From contig CP086569.2 in the NCBI GenBank assembly GCA_009914755.4, forward strand, positions 57,440,001 to 57,504,000: DNA of 64,000 nucleotides. The letters run 5' to 3'. How positions within the stretch are numbered: position 1 is the first letter of the stretch; every line of letters starts with the position of its first letter. This DNA is from the human T2T-CHM13v2.0 reference genome, Homo sapiens. Under the pieces are notes generated by a model. The model was not told the DNA's origin and did not search any database. It worked only from the letters and a program-made list of their open reading frames with translations. This document shows positions 57,566-64,000 of the stretch, in pieces. Made by a program: the position numbers and the translations under genes.

Positions 57566-60500
57566 CTCCTTCGGAATGGTCTAGTATGCAATGCAATCGA
57601 CTGGCAGGGAATCAAAAGGAATGTAATCGAATGGATTGGACTGGAATGCAATGGACTCGAATAGATTGGAAACGGAATGCAAAGGAATGGAATGGAATAG
57701 TATGGAATGGAATGGAAAGGAATGGAGTGGAATAGACTAGAGTGGAATGGAATGGACTGGAAAGCAATGGACTGGAATGGAACTTTCTTGAATGGACTGG
57801 AATCAAACGGAATGGAATGCAATGCAATCAAATGGCATGGAATAAAATAGAATGAAAGAGAATCAAATGGAATTGAATCGAATGGAATCGAATGGATTGG
57901 AAAGGAATAGAATGGAATGGAATGGAATTGACTCAAATGGAATGGACTAGAATGGAATGGATTCGAATGGAAGGCAAAGGAATGGAATCTATTGGAATGG
58001 ACTGTAATGGAATGGAATGGAAGGGATTGGAATGGACTCGAATGGAATGGACTGCAATAGAAAGGATTCGAATGGAATGAAAAAGAATTGAATGGAATAG
58101 AACAGAATGGAATCAAATCGAATGAAATGGAATGGAATAGAAAGGAATGGAATGAAATGGAATGGAAAGGATTCGAATGGAATGCAATCGAATGGAATGG
58201 AATCGAACGGAATGGAATAAAATGGAAGAAAACTGGCAAGAAATGGAATCGAAATGAATGGAGTGTTATGGAACGGACTCAAAAGGAATTGAATGTAATA
58301 GAATGGAGTGGAGTGGACTCGAATATAATGGACTGGAATGGAATGAAATCACATGGAATGGGAACGAATGGAATGGAATGGAAAGGAATGGAATCGAATG
58401 GAAAGGAATCGAATGGAAGGGAATGAAATTGAATCAACAGGAATGGAAGGGAATAGAATAGACGGTAATGGAATGGACTCGAATAGAATGGACACGAATG
58501 CTCAAATTGAATGGACTCGAATGGAATGGAAACGAAAGGAATGTCATCGAATGGAATTGAATGGATTGGAATGAAATCGCATAGAATGGAGTGGAATCAA
58601 ATGGAATTGAATCGAAAGGAAAGGAAGCGAATGGACTGAAATGAAATGGAATGGAATTGAATGGAAAGTAATGCAATGGAATAGAATGGAAGGAAATTTC
58701 ACGGAATGGAATCAAACTGAATGGAATCAAATCAATGGAATCTAATCAAATGGAATGGAAAGGAATTGAATGGAGTAGATTGGATTGGATGGGATTGGAA
58801 TGAAATGTACTGGAAAGGACTCGAATTTCATGAAACGGAATGGAATGAATTGGAACGGAATGGACTCGAATGGAATGGAATGTCATGGAATGGCATCAAA
58901 TGGAATGGCATCAAATGGATTGGAATCGAATGCAATGGAATGCTATGGAATGGAATGGAATGCATTGGAATGGAATGTCCTCTAATGGAATGGATTCGAG
59001 TGGAATGGAATCGAATATAATGGAGTCGAATGAAATGGAATTGAAAGGAATGGGATCGAATACAATGGAATATACTGGAATGTAATGTAATGAACTCGAA
59101 TGTAATTGACTGGAATGGAATGTACATGAATGGAATGTAATCGAATGGAAAGTAATCCAATGGAATAGAATCTAATGCAATAAAATCGACTCAGATAGAG
59201 TAGAATGTAATGGAATGGAGTGCAGTGGAATGGAATGGAATGGAATGGAATGCAATGGAATGGAATGGAATGGAATGGAATGGGATGGAATGGTATGGAA
59301 TGGATAGTAATGGACTGGAGTGAAATGGACTGGAAAGGAATGGACTCAAATTGAAAGGGCTCGAAAGGAATGGAGTCAAATGGAATGGTCTGGAATGGAA
59401 TGAACACGAATGTAATGCAATCCAATAGAATGGAATCGAATGGCATGGAATATAAATAAATGGAATCGAAGAGAATGGAAACAAATGGAATGGAATTGAA
59501 TGGAATGGAATTGAATGGAATGGGAACGAATGGAGTGAAATTGTATGCAGTAGAAGAGAATAGAATGGAATGCAAGCGAAAGGAAAGGAATGGATTGGAA
59601 TGGAATGGAATTCATTGGAATGGAAGGGAATGTAGTGTAATGGACAGGCCTGGAATAAAGTGGAATGCTACGGTCTCGAATGGAATAAAAATGTATGGAA
59701 TGGAATGCAATGAAACGGAATCGAATGTCATAGAATGTAATGGAATGCAAAAAAATGGAATCCAAAATCATTGACTGGAAAGGCTGGGTGTCGAAAGGAA
59801 TTGACTCCAATGGAATGGAATCGAATGGAATGGAAGTGAATAGAATCGAACTAAATCGAATGGAATGGAATTGATAGGAACGGAATGGAAAGGAATGCAA
59901 TGATTTGGCATGGAATGGAATCGAATGGCATCGAATGGAATGGAATGGAATGCAATGGAATGGAATGTATTAGAAAGTAATGAACTTTAATGGAATGTAC
60001 TCGAATGGATTCGACTGGAATGGAATGTTCTGGAAGTGAATGGACTCCAATGGAATGGATTCAAAAGGAATGGAATCGTACGGAATGGAATCTAATGGAA
60101 TGGAATTAAATGGAAATGAATCAAATGGAATAGCACGGAATTGAATTGAATGGAATCGAATGCAATGGAATCTAATGAAACGGAAAGGAAAGGAATGGAA
60201 TGGAATGGAATGGGCTGGAATGGAAAGGAATCGAAACGAATGGAATGGAATCGAACTGAAGAGACTGGAATGGAATGCACTGGAATGGAAGGGAGTGTAA
60301 TGGAAGGTTCTCGAAAAAAATGGAATCGAATGGAATGGAATTGAATGGAACGGAATAGAGTCGAATGGAATTGAATGGAATGGAATGGACTAGAGTGAAA
60401 TGGAATCGAACCACAAGGAATGGACAGGAATAGAATGGTCTCGAATTGAATGGAATCGTATGGAATGGCATCAAACGGAATGGAATGGACAGCCACGGAA

Positions 60501-61094
60501 TGGAATGCACTCGAATGCAATGGAGTCGAAACTAATGGACTGGAATAGAATGGACTCGACTGGTACGGACTCCAATGGAATGGAATTGAATGGAAGGGAA
60601 TCGAACGGAATGGACTCGAGGGGAAAAGACTGCAATGGAAAGGTCTCGAATGGAATGGAAATTAATGGAATGGAATGGAATCGAATGAAATGGAGTCAAA
60701 AGGAATGGAATCGAATGGCAAGAAATCGAATGTAATGGAATCGCAAGGAATTGATGTGAATGGAGCGGAATGGAGTGGAATCCAAAGGAATGGAATCGAA
60801 TGGAAAGGACTCGAATGGAAATCACTCGAATAGAATGCAATTTAATAAAATAGGATCAAATGTAATGGAATGGAATGGAAAGGAATCGAAACGAAAGGAA
60901 TGGAGACAGATGGAATGGAATGGAACAGAGAGCAATGGTATAGAATGGAATGGAATCATCTGGAATGGAATTGAATGGAATGGAATAATATGAAATGGAA
61001 TGGAATGGAATGGAATTGAATGCCCTTGAATTAAATGGACTGGAATGGAATGGACTCGAACAGAGTGGAATGGAAAGTGTTGAGATAGAATGGA
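57566..61094 (+). repeat. HOR unit U16 (~3529 bp)
   Basis: Landmark spacing 57261 to ~60790. It has a 10-bp deletion at ~57515 and a 15-bp deletion at ~60780. Confidence 0.85.
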
Positions 61095-64000
61095 ATGGAC
61101 TCCTTTGGAATGGTGTAGTATGCAATGCAATCGACTGGCAGGGAATCAAAAGGAATGTAATGGAATGGATTGGACTGGAATGCAATGGACTCGAATAGAT
61201 TGGAAACGGAATGCAAAGGAATGGAATGGAATAGGATGGAATGGAATGGAAAAGAATGGAGTGGAATAGACTAGAGTGGAATGGAATGGACTGGAAAGCA
61301 ATGGACTGGAATGGAACTTTCTTGAATGGACTGGAATCAAACGGAATAGAATGCAATGCAATCAAATGGCATGGAATAAAATAGAATGAAAGAGAATCAA
61401 ATGGAATTGAATCGAATGGAATCGAATGGATTGGAAAGGAATAGAATGGAATGGAATGGAATTGTCTCAAATGGAATGGATTCGAATGGAATGGATTCGA
61501 ATGGAAGGCAAAGGAATGGAATCTATTGGAATGGACTGTAATGGAATGGAATGGAATGGAATGGAAAGGATTGGAATGGACTCGAATGGAATGGACTGCA
61601 ATAGAAAGGATTCGAATGGAATTAAAAAGAATTGAATGGAATAGAACAGAATGGAATCAAATCGAATGAAATGGAATGGAATAGAAAGGAATGGAATGAA
61701 ATGGAATGGAAAGGATTCGAATGGAATGCAATCGAATGGAATGGAATCGAACAGAATGGAATAAAATGGAAGAAAACTGGCAAGAAATGGAATCGAAATG
61801 AATGGAGTGTTATGGAACGGACTCAAAAGGAATTGAATGTAATAGAATGGAGTGGAGTGGACTCGAATATAATGGACTGGAATGGAATGAAATCACATGG
61901 AATGGGAACGAATGGAATGGAATGGAAAGGAATGGAATCGAATGGAAAGGAATCGAATGGAAGGGAATGAAATTGAATCAACAGGAATGGAAGGGAATAG
62001 AATAGACGGTAATGGAATGGACTCGAATAGAATGGACACGAATGCTCAAATTGAATGGACTCGAATGGAATGGAAACGAAAGGAATGTCATCGAATGGAA
62101 TTGAATGGATTGGAATGAAATCGCATAGAATGGAGTGGAATCAAATGGAATTGAATCGAAAGGAAAGGAAGCGAATGGACTGAAATGAAATGGAATGGAA
62201 TTGAATGGAAAGTAATGCAATGGAATAGAATGGAAGGAAATTTCACGGAATGGAATCAAACTGAATGGAATCAAATCAATGGAATCTAATCAAATGGAAT
62301 GGAAAGGAATTGAATGGAGTAGATTGGATTGGATGGGATTGGAATGAAATGTACTGGAAAGGACTCGAATTTCATGAAACGGAATGGAATGAATTGGAAC
62401 GGAATGGACTCGAATGGAATGGAATGTCATGGAATGGCATCAAATGGAATGGCATCAAATGGAATGGAATCGAATGCAATGGAATGCTATGGAATGGAAT
62501 GGAATGCATTGGAATGGAATGTCCTCTAATGGAATGGATTCGAGTGGAATGGAATCGAATATAATGGAGTCGAATGAAATGGAATTGAAAGGAATGGGAT
62601 CGAATACAATGGAATATACTGGAATGTAATGTAATGAACTCGAATGTAATTGACTGGAATGGAATGTACATGAATGGAATGTAATCGAATGGAAAGTAAT
62701 CCAATGGAATAGAATCTAATGCAATAAAATCGACTCAGATAGAGTAGAATGTAATGGAATGGAGTGCAGTGCAATGGAATGGAATGGAATGGAATGCAAT
62801 GGAATGGAATGGAATGGAATGGAATGGGATGGAATGGTATGGAATGGATAGTAATGGACTGGAGTGAAATGGACTGGAAAGGAATGGACTCAAATTGAAA
62901 GGGCTCGAAAGGAATGGAGTCAAATGGAATGGTCTGGAATGGAATGAACACGAATGTAATGCAATCCAATAGAATGGAATCGAATGGCATGGAATATAAA
63001 TAAATGGAATCGAAGAGAATGGAAACAAATGGAATGGAATTGAATGGAATGGAATTGAATGGAATGGGAACGAATGGAGTGAAATTGTATGCAGTAGAAG
63101 AGAATAGAATGGAATGCAAGCGAAAGGAAAGGAATGGATTGGAATGGAATGGAATTCATTGGAATGGAAGGGAATGTAGTGTAATGGACAGGCCTGGAAT
63201 AAAGTGGAATGCTACGGTCTCGAATGGAATAAAAATGTATGGAATGGAATGCAATGAAACGGAATCGAATGTCATAGAATGTAATGGAATGCAAAAAAAT
63301 GGAATCCAAAATCATTGACTGGAAAGGCTGGGTGTCGAAAGGAATTGACTCCAATGGAATGGAATCGAATGGAATGGAAGTGAATAGAATCGAACTAAAT
63401 CGAATGGAATGGAATTGATAGGAACGGAATGGAAAGGAATGCAATGATTTGGCATGGAATGGAATCGAATGGCATCGAATGGAATGGAATGGAATGCAAT
63501 GGAATGGAATGTATTAGAAAGTAATGAACTTTAATGGAATGTACTCGAATGGATTCGACTGGAATGGAATGTTCTGGAAGTGAATGGACTCCAATGGAAT
63601 GGATTCAAAAGGAATGGAATCGTACGGAATGGAATCTAATGGAATGGAATTAAATGGAAATGAATCAAATGGAATAGCACGGAATTGAATTGAATGGAAT
63701 GGAATGCAATGGAATCTAATGAAACGGAAAGGAAAGGAATGGAATGGAATGGAATGGGCTGGAATGGAAAGGAATCGAAACGAATGGAATGGAATCGAAC
63801 TGAAGAGACTGGAATGGAATGCACTGGAATGGAAGGGAGTGTAATGGAAGGTTCTCGAAAAAAATGGAATCGAATGGAATGGAATTGAATGGAACGGAAT
63901 AGAGTCGAATGGAATTGAATGGAATGGAATGGACTAGAGTGAAATGGAATCGAACCACAAGGAATGGACAGGAATAGAATGGTCTCGAATTGAATGGAAT
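61095..64000 (+). repeat. HOR unit U17 (partial, truncated by the window end)
   Basis: Landmarks continue in register: 61774, 62914 and 63192 are equivalents of upstream landmarks. It has a 10-bp pentamer gain near 61545. Confidence 0.85.

Larger units (their letters stand above)
957..64000 (+). repeat. DYZ1: Human Satellite III (HSat3) array. (GGAAT)n reads on the + strand and (ATTCC)n on the - strand. The array is organised as a ~3.5-kb higher-order repeat, most consistent with the Y-chromosome DYZ1 family.
   Basis: The GGAAT pentamer and its point variants (GGAAC, GTAAT, CGAAT, TGAAT...) tile the whole interval. Long diagnostic strings recur every ~3.5 kb. For example, 'ctggcaagaaatggaatcgaaatgaatggagtgttatggaacggactc' occurs at ~4405, 7966, 11449, 14988, 18502, 22016, 25529, 29078, 32612, 36161, 39730, 44082, 47621, 51155, 54703, 58231 and 61775. 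There is one conserved GGCC per unit, inside 'ggacaggcctgg'. The DYZ1 name is assigned from memory of the known 3.56-kb HaeIII pentameric Yq12 repeat and was not verified by search. Confidence 0.9.

Noticed and set aside
957-64000. A CRISPR-like regular repeat-spacer architecture, or a prokaryotic defence island, as prompted by the 'undescribed system' hint.
   Set aside because: The repeats are 5-bp units tiled continuously with no unique spacers. The composition and structure are those of primate pericentromeric or Yq satellite DNA. There are no cas-like or any other genes. I found nothing that supports a novel system.

Overview
The whole window is eukaryotic, human-type satellite DNA. I see no protein-coding genes, RNA genes, mobile elements or CRISPR arrays. 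I also see no evidence of a new biological system; the interesting content is structural variation within the satellite array.

Positions 1-956 are an extremely AT-rich, low-complexity satellite-like block (ATATA / TATAAT-type motifs). At about 957 it changes abruptly into a roughly 63-kb array of the pentameric satellite (GGAAT)n, which reads (ATTCC)n on the minus strand. This is Human Satellite III, and the array runs in one orientation to the end of the window.

The array is organised into a higher-order repeat (HOR) of about 3.5 kb. There are 17 complete units and one partial unit, with lengths from about 3499 to 3569 bp that differ mostly in 5-bp steps. Each unit carries a single conserved GGCC (HaeIII) site. 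That periodicity matches the classical Y-chromosome DYZ1 repeat of Yq12 (a 3.56-kb HaeIII unit built of TTCCA pentamers). The AT-rich flank could be the neighbouring DYZ2/HSat1B-type block. I make this assignment from memory of the literature, not from any search.

Three units stand out. The edge unit U0 is divergent and carries a roughly 680-bp deletion that removes its HaeIII site. Unit U11 carries a 785-bp internal tandem duplication, making it 4352 bp long. Adjacent units form near-identical pairs and blocks (U3/U4, U5/U6, U7/U8, U10-U14) that share private indels, consistent with recent unequal crossing-over and local homogenisation.

All six-frame ORFs, up to 313 aa, are artefacts: pure GGAAT/ATTCC tracts contain no stop codon in any frame.
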